From Albugo candida (Eukaryota), in NCBI GenBank assembly GCA_040437565.1, contig JBDOQK010000037.1, positions 310,001-358,175 on the forward strand: a DNA stretch of 48,175 nucleotides, given 5' to 3'. This document shows, piece by piece, positions 36,176-48,116 of the stretch. The translations under genes were made by a program, and so were the position numbers. Position 1 is the stretch's first letter; every line of letters begins with the position of its first letter. Under the pieces are notes generated by a model. That model was not told where the DNA came from, made no database searches, and saw only the letters and a list, made by a program, of their open reading frames with translations.

Positions 36176-39100
36176 TGTTGAAAGAACTTAAGAATGTGTT
36201 TTAGGTTTCTAGTCGCACTTGGAGCTTAGTTTATACGGCTGGTTAGAATTTTAATTTTCTAAAAATAAAACCTCAGTTTTGGCAATTCCCTGGAACACCG
36301 CATCTTCGCTCACCTTCCAACAGGTTATGAGCCCAACCAAGATTCCACCAGCCAAGACCATGGAAGAATCCGACGGATCAGATGAGTCGAAGATGGACTG
36401 AATGATAATGATACCGGAGAAACTCGGAAATCGACTGGACAAGTTCGAAACAGGGGCGGAGCGTCGGATCGCCCGTACCAGCACCACCCGTGCGAGCGGA
36501 AAGCTTATTTGCTGGGCCGCGCAAGCAAAGACAGGGCTGGACAATGTCATCCCCGGATGTGAAACCAATGCAGCATCGTGGAAGCGGGATGAGGAGAAGC
36601 TTTGTCCATGCCATGCAACATAATTCGCTGGACGGGCTCAACCGAGTGAGATTCCCGGCAATAAGGGATATGAAGCTCGTCATTCAGCCATTAGACGGGA
36701 AAGAGACATACTCAGGACTTGGAGCGCCGTTTACCTAATGGGGCTTTCGTTTCTTGCGGCAGCTATCGCACGTCCAGCAAGCATCCGACGGAATTTGGAG
36801 TGTGGAGGTGAAGCTGGACTGCCTAGGACGGCATCTGAGCGGAAAGGCGCTCACTTCTTACGAGCAGCAAGTCCCCCAATGGATGACTCAGTTCTTTAGC
36901 ATTGAAGAAGTGATGGACCGGATCAACGAAGTATTCCGGCCCAACATCACCAGGACGCAGGCAACACGCCTTTTTACGGCAAAAAAAACCGACTGGATAT
37001 TCTTGGAGTGAGTATTTTTGTTCTTGTCGGCACTCAGTGAAGCAGTCGGTGGAGCCGATGATATGATCCTGGAAAGCGTTATTAAGTACTAAAAGCCTGA
37101 TTTCAAACCAGCTTTGATGGCCCGTGTCAACATAATAAGAGAAAGCAGAAGAAGGCAAGCCAAGGAACTGTGTCACTTTACCCAGCTTATGGATTCAGAC
37201 ACCATCAGTGATGCACCAAGAGAGTCAAAGAAGTTTTCTCGAGATCGATTCGGTGCGATAAGGGAATTCAAGCCGAAGAAGCGAATGAACTGCTTCAATT
37301 GCGGGAAAAGTGGACATATGAAAAGGGATTGCCGGAACGAGAGCTCCTCTAGCAGTGAAGACATCGTTTTAGGAGTTAAATGCAAAACTACTACGCTGGA
37401 ACAAATGAAGAAAGTATGGATACTAGACCTGTGGAGCCAGCAGGCACCTTGTAACGGATGTGAGCATGTTACAGCATCGTTAGGGAATTCAACGAATCAT
37501 TCATACTTCCAAATGGGAAGGAAATGAAGCTGGGGTGGACAGTAGCGGCGAAGGTTATTTATCGTAACAGTCAACGATTTACCGAGGAATGTTCTATTGA
37601 ACGATGTGCAACATTCAGAACACCTCCCTTGAAACATTGTCTCTTATGAAAAGTTGGAGGCAAAAGGATGCAAATTGGCGTATCAAGCAGATGGATAGAG
37701 AGTAGTCCGATGTACTTCTGATGGTGCGATCGTGTTCGAAGTAAATATGGTCAAAAAAGTTCTCGTTATCGAGACAGAAGGTCGAGAACGCGTATTCAGT
37801 GTTCTGGATATACTCGCTTCAATTGAGTCCGAGGATGACTCAAACAAGCAGACGGGAAGTCTTCTACACTTCCATCAACGATTTTGTCATCTGAACTACG
37901 ATACTATTGAGCGTATAGCAAAGATTCCGAAATCAGGGATCGAGATTGATGACCATCGGCGATTGAAATGCCTTACTTGCGCGGAAAGCAAGCAAACAAA
38001 GAACAGACAGTCTCGGGAAGATACCGGTACAAACTCACCAACGGAACGAATTGATGGAGTAATATGCAGTGATTTGAAGGGTCCGATCACGCCTCAAGAC
38101 CGACGTCGAAATCGATATTTGGTCAGTTTTATCGACTNNNNNNNNNNNNNNNNNNNNNNNNNNNNNNNNNNNNNNNNNNNNNNNNNNNNNNNNNNNNNNN
38201 NNNNNNNNNNNNNNNNNNNNNNNNNNNNNNNNNNNNNGACGGCTATGGAGTCACCTGTTGCATGAGAAGCTTAGCGATGCAGGTTTCAAACAAAGTCTAA
38301 CAGGCTCATGTTTATATCACGACCAGGACACAAATGGAATTACGGTTTTGGGGGTAAATGTCGACGATATAATGATAACGGGGACAAGTTTTTCGAGAAT
38401 TGAGTCGACATTTGATAGTCTTTCAAGTCTTCCAATCAAGAATCTCGGACCCGTCAGCAAGCTTTTGGGCATGCGAGCTCGCTACAGCGATGAAGATGGA
38501 TATTATTTGTATCAGGAACCGTCTATTTGAGAATTAATAACGAAAATGGGAATGGATGAAGCGCATTCGGTTCTCACGCCTATCGATCAAGACTACACTG
38601 TATGTACAAGATCAAACTCAGACTGCTTGGAGATAAGTTCAGCCAAGAAGCCAAGTATCAAGAAGTTCCAGTCTTTGGCGGGCAGCCTTTTGTGCTTTGC
38701 ACGCTGCACGCGTCCAGACATCAGATTCGCTGTGCATAAGCTGAGGAGACGTACTCATGCACCGACAACAGCCGATTGGGCGTTAGGTGTCAGTGTGATG
38801 AAGGATCTCAAGAGTACTAAAAGTCTGGAGCTCTATTTGGGTGGTGAAGTATGCACAAATGCCAGAGAAGTCACTCTGGAAGCAGTTTCAGATGCTAATT
38901 ACGTAGCAGATGATGAAACGAGAAGGAGCATATCTGCTACAGCATTCACTTTGAATGGAATGACGATAAGCTGGTCATGCAAGAAGCAGCACTCAGTGGC
39001 ATTATCGACGATGAAAGCAGAGTTTGTAGCAGCATCAAATGCATCGCAGGAATTACTTGGAGCAAGGAAATTATTCAGCCAGTTAAAAGTCAAGTGAAGG

Positions 39101-39540
39101 AGCCAATGATCTTGTGGATGGATAACCAGGCGGCTATCAGTCAATTTCTCAACGAAGCTATTTCAATCAAGGCTAAACATATCGACGTCCGACTAAAATT
39201 CGTCAGAGCTAACATGGTCAGAAAAATTATCGCACCAAGGTACGTACATGCGTCGAAGATGATGGCCGACTTGAAGACGAAGGCGTTTCCGACGCCAAGA
39301 TTTCTTCATCTAAGGGAGTTATGGCACTTAAGGGATCGGACAATGCAAGTTGAAGATGACACAACTTCAAGTGCAACCGGAAAGGAAGGAGTCTTGAAAG
39401 AACTTAACAATGTGTTTTAGGTTTCTAGTCGCACTTGGAACTTGGTTTAAACGATTGGTTAGGATTTTAATTTAAAAATAAATAAACCCTTAGTTTTGGC
39501 AAGTTTCCTGGAACACCGCATCTTCGCTCACCTGCCAACA
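36176..39540 (+). mobile_element. Degenerate Ty1/Copia LTR retrotransposon 2
   Basis: LTRs at 36176-36322 (TGTTG...CAACA) and 39392-39540, PBS ggttatgagccca, PPT aaaggaaggag, gag knuckle CFNCGKSGHMKRDC, integrase HQRFCH..CLTC and SDLKGP, RT VDD and TRPDI, RNase H KHIDVR. Gap 38138-38237 hides the integrase core and RT start. Confidence 0.93.
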
Positions 39541-39718
39541 GTTTGTACTGCGCACATTACACACTAAAGATAGTACGGTGCACGACAGTCATACCATCAA
39601 AAGGTGAGTGCGGTGGCCAAATTCTAAAAATATATTATTTTATAGGGGTCACGTTACCTGCTTGGACCAATTCATTATTATATAGGAGTCCCAATACCTG
39701 TTTGGACCAATTCAATAA

Positions 39719-40524
39719 GGGTATTGATATCCCGACAACTTTTTCTTAGATTACAACATCCCTAGTTGAATTATCACTCTCACAACTTTTTCTTTTTTGC
39801 AAAATACATACATGATTTTACATTATTTAGTAATTACATCCATAGACACCATAAATTGTTGCTCCAACAGCTCCAATCGAGAATTACTTGTGATTGGCTA
39901 ATACACACACAACGTTTCATCCGTGATAGGCTATTACTTCTGACAATTTCCATTTGACACATAGCATTTGAGCATCGGACAGGTGCAGCAATTGCGGAAA
40001 ATCGGCCACAACGAGCGTTCTTGCGGAATTCCGGTTACATGGTTAGATTCAGAACAAGCTTTAGTAAAAAATTAGATAATTTTCCTCGGAACAATTTTTT
40101 CATAATACATTTTATTTCCGGACGTTACTGCATAATAACTTTTTCATATTTACGACGCTTAATAGCTCAACAAACTGTCGATGAATCGTCTATTAATGGT
40201 GAGTGTTTAGCTCAGTTGAAGGTATCTATATTACTAGATTAGCCTTAGACGTAAATGACTTCTATTAGTTAGAAATGTAAACTTATTTATTTTTCAAAAT
40301 AGTGATGGGAGTAATAATTTGAGTAGGCATGACGTAATCTAAATTAAAAATAAATGTAGTTTAAAAAAAGTTGTCGGGATATCGAAACCTTTATTATTGT
40401 TACAAAAAAACTGTGGCAGTAATAATTTTAGTAGGCATGATGTAATTTGAAGTGAAAAATAAAAATGTAATCAAAGAAAGAAGTTGTCGGGATATCAAAA
40501 ATAGTTATCGGGATATCGATACCC
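39719..40524. mobile_element. AT-rich non-coding TIR element (MITE-like) with reiterated right end
   Basis: gggtattgatatcccgacaact at 39719 is inverted relative to agtt[g/a]tcgggatatc copies near 40370, 40483 and 40503. A ~110-bp diverged direct repeat spans about 40300-40500. Confidence 0.6.
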
Positions 40525-40993
40525 GTCTAATAACTCACTTTAAATCTAGTAGAGAACTAGAAATAATCAGTAAAACTACTGTGATAAAAAGCAGTGTAAT
40601 AACTCACTATGCCCATTATAATCACTGCATGAAGAAAACTCCTTGTACTTTATATTTATTTTTAAATTTAGCAGAAATCTAGAAAAACGCTATAAATTTC
40701 AATATTGGAAAGTTGACCGGTATGAAATTCGTTAACAGCTGATAATTGTAACTTTCTATAACTGAAATCAGTAAGTCACAAATTTTTTGTCATTCCAAAA
40801 CCTGATNNNNNNNNNNNNNNNNNNNNNNNNNNNNNNNNNNNNNNNNNNNNNNNNNNNNNNNNNNNNNNNNNNNNNNNNNNNNNNNNNNNNNNNNNNNNNN
40901 NNNNNNCTGAAATCAGTAAGTCACAAATTTTTTGTCATTCCAAAACCTGATGGGGGCATGAGAGTCTCAGATAGTAGACTCATGCCCTAATTT

Positions 40994-41401
40994 ATGGCCC
41001 TCGAATGGTTCCCGACAGGTCCGACGCCAAGGTATATATTCTCGCGAAAGGTAATATGCTTTCGTTTATGTTGCTTTGAGTTCTAATTTCTATATGTTAC
41101 CTGTAGGGAAATATTGTGAGTTGCAGTACAGATCAGGTTGCACCTGGGATGGACGAAAGAGACGCAGGAACTTATTTAAAATCCTCCGGTGCAGATCATG
41201 TGGCACCTGGGATGGAGGAAAGAGCCGCAGAAGCGTATCCGAAATCCTCCGGTGCAGATCATGTGGCACCTGGGATGGAGGAGCGCAAAGAGTCACAGCC
41301 TGTATCGGTAAGTTTTATGTTGATCGAATTTGTTTTACCTCACGGCTTTTTTTCATTAGGTCCTTATCTTTGCAATGGTGTACACTAGCACGCAGCATTA
41401 G
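40994..41401 (+). CDS. Predicted 3-exon small protein (99 aa) with 21-aa tandem repeats
   Basis: Exons 40994-41050, 41107-41307 and 41360-41401, joined by 56- and 52-nt GT-AG introns, both phase 0, give an open frame. Confidence 0.5.
41129..41285 (+). repeat. 63-bp tandem repeat, about 2.5 copies
   Basis: cagatca..gcacctgggatgga starts at 41129, 41192 and 41255; unit translates as DHVAPGMEERAAEAYPKSSGA. Confidence 0.92.
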
Positions 41402-42179
41402 CGTGCGCAAGATGTCCATGCGACCAAGGGAAGCGCTTCCTATTCAAATTCTGTGTTTAAATTTGTATTATTTGTTATGTATAATGATATAATACACTGT
41501 ATCAGATCAATCTTATCCGTTTAATTTTTAAACAAACCCTTCAAGCGCTTATCTTTTTTAATAAGTGTTTCTGCTCTTCTATATTTGTCTAAATAAATAA
41601 GATAAGAGTGTATGTCAGTTCATTTTTACCTTCTAAAGCTACAGCAGAAGACGTACCAGTTTGTGAGGATGTTAGAGCAGATAAATTTATGCAATTGTCA
41701 AGTTTCCCAAACTTTCGCGCGACATTCTTTTTTTGGTTATTAGATTAAAGTTCTCCTTTACGTGAAAAGGGAAGGTAAAGAGGATCGTGAACACGCGTTA
41801 CTAGGACTAATATTATTTGCGGGGCGACATAAACGCGTACAGTCATTCAGTCTACATGTAGATAACAGTTTGAAAAGCTAATAAACAAAGAAATTAGGTT
41901 TTGCGGTTCTTAAATGATTAAATAAATTTATTTCTTTACAACACAAAATGGCGACGCAATTGGAGAAGCAGGATTCCATGTCTTTAAAGAGGGTGAGTGG
42001 CTGGTCATAGTTGCAGGTGTTCATATTTAGTAGAGTCAGAAAATCTGACTGCTCTAGTTGCGGAGCCTATTTTAGAAAACAAATATTTCTATGAGAGATG
42101 AAAACACGTCTTACTGCTGTTCTGTGAATATGTTAATCTGTGAGTATTTTAATCAGTTGCACGTTAAACTGTCATTGTG

Positions 42180-44590
42180 TATGCTGCGATCACAAGCAAC
42201 GTGATCCATCAATGAATACACTTGGAGTCACAATTAACCCTGCAGCTGAAATATCGGTCGGTATATAGCAATGAAAATTGTATTTCTATGGTACAGAAAA
42301 GAACACCATGTCTGCGCTTCAGAAATGAGTTTTGAACATTTGTTGACGGGAAGCAATTTTGACAACAGGAAGATGACTGCTGGTGAAGAAATGGACATAG
42401 AACTAAACTCCTAACTATCTTCTCCACTCGATGTATCGTCGAGACTGCAGACAAGAACGTCAAGAAGCGTTGCAAGCAACACTTCTCAGATCTGTGAGCC
42501 AGAAAGAATCATCATCTATCATAAGCTGCAACAAGCAAGATTTCACCTGCATCACATTCCCCAAACTCTTCAAATTGCACCGACTCGATGATAAAGAAAG
42601 GGTGGTGCAATTTGCGGAGATCATAGACACATTGTTGATTGTAGAGGAGATAACCTTCAAGTCATTTCTCCATTACATCACCTTGTATACGAGAAAAAGC
42701 GCGAAAGAGGACATAATATATATTCGACAAACCGACAGAAAGATGGCAAGTTGGATGCGGATCCAGTGACGATGGCTTCCAGCAAATAGTTTTGTGGATG
42801 GAATATGCACACTTGAAGGAAGGCAACACGCAACGTATATTACCGATTAAGCTGTGAACAAGCTCGTGGCAGCAGAAAAAACGCAACAATGGATAATATA
42901 ACTGAAATATAATGACATTTCACGTCAGCGCTTCGCTCTATACTCCGTTGTACAATTCCTACGTGAGTGCCTGATCCGACTACTTCTAATTGTACTGAAA
43001 AAGTCATTACAAGTTGTTGATCAAAGAAGCCCTCGCAAAGCATCCTAAAAGCTTCGGATCCACACATACGCCGAGCGACAAGTTTCTGAAGTAGATTTGA
43101 ATATAGAAGCATTGTGGTGTGTGTTTTATCGTTTGCAAAGTTCAAATAAACTTCAGAAATTCAAGGAAAAAGAGGGAAATATGGCAATCGGTCGAAATCA
43201 ACCGAAGTTACAAAATTGGATGATGCGAAGTACGCTGGAACAGCCGAACGAAATAATTATACTTTGATTCTAATGGAAGGAGACTCGGAAAAACATCTGA
43301 CGATTGGGAGAGTTTTGGTCGTAGGAAGAAATTTCTACGGTTAGGTCCCCTAAAAAGAAAGCTTTCAAAGGTTTGTGAAGCAAGCCGTTCTCAATAATGA
43401 AAGTATACAAACCATCGCAAAGAATCTTAGGCACAAATATGGTCAAGTGGAACAGTCAATAAAATCACTGCGCTATGGGAATTTGATCATTATGGCTGAT
43501 CAAGATCACGATGGAAGTTACATGCAACTTCTTGCGATCAATTCATTAAATCATTTCTGGCCATCATTAGTTCAAATTAAAGGCTGTATGCACGAATTAA
43601 TCACTCCAATTGTCAACTGCGCAAACAAAAGAATGGACAGGGTGTTTTACACGCTACCAAAGTATGAATTATGTAGGCTGGCCACCAAAATGGTCAAGGA
43701 TGTAGGATTAAGTATTATAAAGGTCTCGGGGCACTCACAACAGAAGAAGCAAAATATTATTTTCCCGTTTACCGACGCCTCCATTGGATTACAGCTATAA
43801 AAATGAAGAATTTGGCGACTCGATTAACATGGCATTTTTCAAAAACGAGTCGAAGAGCGAAAAGATTGGTTGCAATGATGCGCAACTGACACTAATGCGG
43901 ATTATACCACTGATGGCATGCCCCTACTTAGCTTACGTCTACTTTGATGGTAAATTAACGATTCACCCAAAGGTTTTCGTTGTAGGTTCGTCAATAAAGA
44001 AGTCATCTTGCTCTTTAGGCCCGATACTATGCAATCTATTTCTTTCCTAATGAACGGATTCAAACCATCACAACGCAGAGTCCTCTATTGTTGGCTTAAA
44101 TGCAACTGCAAGGTACGCAGGATTGATTGCATAACGTCTATGCCATACTGAGCACACTTGAAATCATAGGTGGAAATCAAAGTTGTACAATTAGCCGGGT
44201 GTGTGTGTGAGCGTTCATGGTATCATTATAGTGAAACAAATCTGCATGAAACGATCATCAAAATAGCTCAAGGCTTTTCAGGGTGTGATCATGCGAACCC
44301 ATCATCTCTAAATGGACAAGGCGTTACTCGGATCGTAACTAGGAAAGATGCACATAGCCCTCGTTAGATTTTTTCCAAATTGGCGTTGATTGCGTACAAG
44401 ATCCTTGATCCTAAAATGATTCCTTACTGAGCATCATTGATGAAGACGGGCGATTCATCGGCCAGAATAGTATGCTTCGGTAATTCCGATGGTGCTGGTG
44501 AATGGAAGTGAGGATATCAGAACATGCCGGCCGACCTCGACCCTAAATTATAATCCTGTGGATCTCATCGAGAATCTACGTGTTCAGCTC
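42180..44590 (+). pseudogene. TOP2: DNA topoisomerase II pseudogene (unprocessed, 3'-truncated)
   Basis: Collinear degenerate motifs HKQRDP, HLLTGSNFD, KLDDA..TLILMEGDS, MADQDHDGS..NHFWPSL, KYYKGLG, GFKPSQRRVL, EIKVVQLAG, SPR*IF and IPMVLVNG. Many stops and frameshifts; intron 44113-44169 retained. It may extend 5' to about 41950. Confidence 0.92.
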
Positions 44591-44649
44591 TCCGTCGTAG
44601 TCTAGAAGACTTTGAATATGAAAAGCCGTAACAAAAGTTTCCGGGATGT

Positions 44650-46362
44650 ATGATGTGGTTCGTCCGCCATGCCAAGATTGTACCAAACGTTCGGCGTACT
44701 TCGATTACCAGTAGCAGCTTTATAATCTAATTCCAGGTCGCGGTGGAACCACATGGGTTGTTTCATGTAGTTCTGACGGCGCTGAAGTACACTTCAATCT
44801 GGAATTATAATGCTCCAATCCATTGATGCCACATTTCAAGTGTGTGTCCACCAAGAACATGTTCTCTTCCACTGAACCATTTTTCCATGTCGATGAGGTG
44901 CGATGGTAAATATGTCAGTCGGCTTGTGTGGCTCAAACGAAGGCTGTATAAGTTGTAAAAATTCCGTCGAAGCATTTGCCCAATTCGCGGGAGTAATTAT
45001 CGATACATCGGACTAGAACTGCTGAAGGGAATAATTACGTTGTAGCTTCGATCGCCCGTCAAAAAAGAATTTTGTAGTGAGTTATCTTGTCGACAAAGTT
45101 ATAAAAACTCTTGGGGAACGTACTTCGATTCTTTGCTTGCGTTTCCTACTAAGCACAAACGGATTTAACGTCGATTGCCACTGTCAAATAGTCTCTGCTG
45201 TTATGTCCATGTGCATCGTGTTGTGCCACAGACGCTATAAAATCATCGTCTGCGCAACCAGTAGTCGACCACTGACAATTCCTACACGTCGAAACCATAC
45301 ACCAAAACCTTCAAAAATACGCTTGTCGAGAGTCGAAATAACCATTGAATGGGTTAGTTTCTGGCCGAACGGAATACCCAAATACTTGACCGAATCCTCC
45401 GGACCAATTATGGTCAAATTGGGAATACGTGGACACGGCATGGTCCGATTCAACGAAAGAAAGGATGATCTGCTCAGGTTGATTTTCGCGCCAAATCCAT
45501 CGCAATAGATTTGAACGAGTTCGAGCTACGTAAAAACACCATTTGGTGTCTCTCCACGCAATGACAAATCGTCTGCAAAACAAAATCAATCCAGCTGCGG
45601 CAGTCGTGCCATTAATCCAAATGCCATGTTCTTCATGTTGTTGAAGTAAGTTTCCAAAGGTTCGATCGTCATTAAAAGAGTAATGCTGAGAGATCGTTAA
45701 CTTCTTTTACTCCAGGTTGTGTTGTAATGGATGGTGTGATATTTCCATTCATGATCAACTGCGCTTTCATGTTAGTACAAGAGACGAACCCAGTCCACCG
45801 TCTGTTTTTCGGAGACGCGAAAAATGTATGTCTTATTGACCCGATCATAAAATTTCCCAAAGTCGAGAGAAGAGGCATACGCTTCGTCTCTACGATGAGT
45901 GACCAATTCATGGATGTCTGTAAGATGTCGAATGTGCTGATGCATTGATCTTCCTCGCAAAAATGCGTTTTGATCTTGATGGATCTATTTCGGTGAAAAC
46001 TTTCGCAATCGATGCGCCAACACTTTTGGAAGTACTTTCCTATCAACAAAAAGTAGTGGGATCGGTCTATAGTTGACAGGATCAACCCGTGATTTTTTCT
46101 TGAACAACAATGTGATTAACGAGTGACGTTGTGATCGAAGTAAGATATCTTTTTCCAGCTGATGTTCAAGCAAGAGCTTCGGACATTCGCCAAAAGTTTG
46201 CGTATCAAGCTGACAAATATACCCAGTAATTCAAGCATACTCGGAGAGCAACTACTTCGCATGTGCTTCATCGTTTCCGCCATCTCAGTCGTACTTGAGC
46301 GAGTTGAGAGACGGTCTTGCTTTTCTGACTCAAGAAAACTTGAATCGAATCCACTAGTTTTT
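44650..46362 (-). mobile_element. Degenerate L1/Tx1-clade LINE, RT region (same family as 32090-35760)
   Basis: LLFKKK..NYRPIPLL..RKVL, SLDFGKFYDRV, FCFADD and VKYLGIP; aligns with about 33190-34390; 3' end truncated against the TOP2 pseudogene. Confidence 0.9.
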
Positions 46363-47248
46363 TCACCTCTTTATCGATTCATGGCTCTTTATAGAGGCAA
46401 ATTCGGGAATTCTTCTTATATGAATTTGACGATGACTCTACGCTAGTGTTGTCAAAGCGGGCGCCGTCGTCTCAGTTTTGATCGAGTATCAGTTTTTATA
46501 TCAAAATAGCACATGAACACACTTGAACCGTAATGAAAATATATTTCACGAGAAGAAAGTAGCTTTTGTTTATCGGAAAGTCTCGGTATCATGCAATAAA
46601 AAGTAGGGCACAGGGACTAAAGTAAATGAATTAGAGCATGTTTTTATCAACGTGAAGTATTCATATTTAGAAAAGCACCTCCGATATCTTTGTGCTATAG
46701 GTCCAACTACTGATTCTCTGAAGAATTTTCTCTTGTTGGACTCGGCTATTTAATATCTTACATTTTGTCGATGAATTTTTTAACCTACATTCTGCATTGC
46801 TCAAAATTTTAAAAAAAAGTTTAGTACTATAGAGCAAAAACAAAAGGTGTACAGATAAAATATTTTGACCAAAGTTTCTGACCTTGTAGCCTATTGGTTG
46901 TGGTGATTGCACATAGAAACACATACCACGGGTGAGGGTTCGTACCTCCCCCATGTCAGTTAATCATAAAGCCCGGTAACACTGTAAATTTTAACCAGCA
47001 GCTCAGTTGAAGTTGTCGATATTACTAAAATAAGACGAATTCACTTCTCTAGGTCTTGCTGGACAATCTCTAGGTGGTTCTCCGAGCGAAGAAGCATTTT
47101 TGTGCACGAGCGCGGGAGCGGTCGGGATGAAGATTTTGCTCACGATACATTCCGAAGTTTATTCATAAGCAGGCATACCTGCGAGGTTTGGGGGCTAAAG
47201 AAAAAGTGGAGATTAGTAAAATTAAAGGGAAACTTGAATGAAATAAAT
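46363..47248. other. About 0.9-kb unidentified insertion interrupting the LINE
   Basis: Homology with the 32-35.7 kb LINE stops at a T-run near 46362 and resumes at a T-run near 47250. Confidence 0.7.
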
Positions 47249-47935
47249 ATTTTTTTCGATTTTCTCACATGAATCATCTGAGGCGAGTTCGGAGCTATAA
47301 AGAGAGCCCATGACATCACCCTAATGATCCCTAGAGTCGGCAATAATTATCCTGGGGCTCGCTACCATGGTGCCACCTTTTTTGATCAGGTTTTTGATCG
47401 GCACGCGACCACAAGAACTATCCGGAAGGCAGAAAATATGCTTTAAAAAGTTCTCTTCATTCTTCACGAGATGAGCGCAACCTTCATCTTGATTATATTC
47501 GGAATCATTTACGACCTAAACTCTAAATTAACCGAGACACGAATCGAAAAAATGCGTTGACTGATTCGTGTCTTGAGTTCGATATAGAGCTGCTACAGCT
47601 TCCATAACAGGCTTCCTAGACTCAACATCACGTCGGCTTTCTTGTGAGATGCTTTTCGCAATCTCTTGACGTTGTTTCTTGATTTTCGTGTTCCAACTTT
47701 CCAACATTTGTTCGAGAGTCGTAGTTGTGCGCAACTTTTTGTGCACCAAAATCGCTTCCCATTTGGTAGCTTCGGCAACTTCAGGATATCCAAATAGTCG
47801 TTAGTAACATTTATAATATACTTGCGCTTGTTTTTTGATCGCATTCGCAAAAGTTTCTTTTTGTGTCACATGATCTGTATGTGGTGGACGCAAATATTCA
47901 GTGTTTTTATATCATTGTAAATAGCTGTTCCGAGA
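47249..47935 (-). mobile_element. LINE fragment (region between endonuclease and RT)
   Basis: Matches about 34385-35045 (shared gagctataaagagagcccatgac and gatcggcacgcgac). Confidence 0.85.
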
Positions 47936-47940
47936 TGCGG

Positions 47941-48116
47941 ATAATCTTCAGACACTCGCCAAACGCTTTCATATCAAAGTGATAAGATGCAGCTTGTAGT
48001 CCTCCTATATCTGAAGAGTGCCGGATCGCGTTTGCCATTTCGGTTGTACTTAACCGACTTAGGAGACAGTGTTGCGCTTTTGACGAAAGGGAAACTAGAA
48101 TTGATGCACGTATCTT
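47941..48116 (-). mobile_element. Additional out-of-order LINE fragment abutting the telomere
   Basis: Translates as SILVSLSSKAQHCLLSRLSTTEMANAIRH, paralogous to SIQVSLASAEQDRLSTRLSTTEMAEAIKH (about 34280-34380) and to about 46180-46355. Confidence 0.8.

Noticed and set aside
40762..40951. 45-bp direct repeat
   Set aside because: Flanks gap 40807-40906; overlap artefact.
41129..41285. Repeat array as a CRISPR
   Set aside because: Whole 63-bp units repeat without unique spacers, the context is eukaryotic and there are no cas genes.
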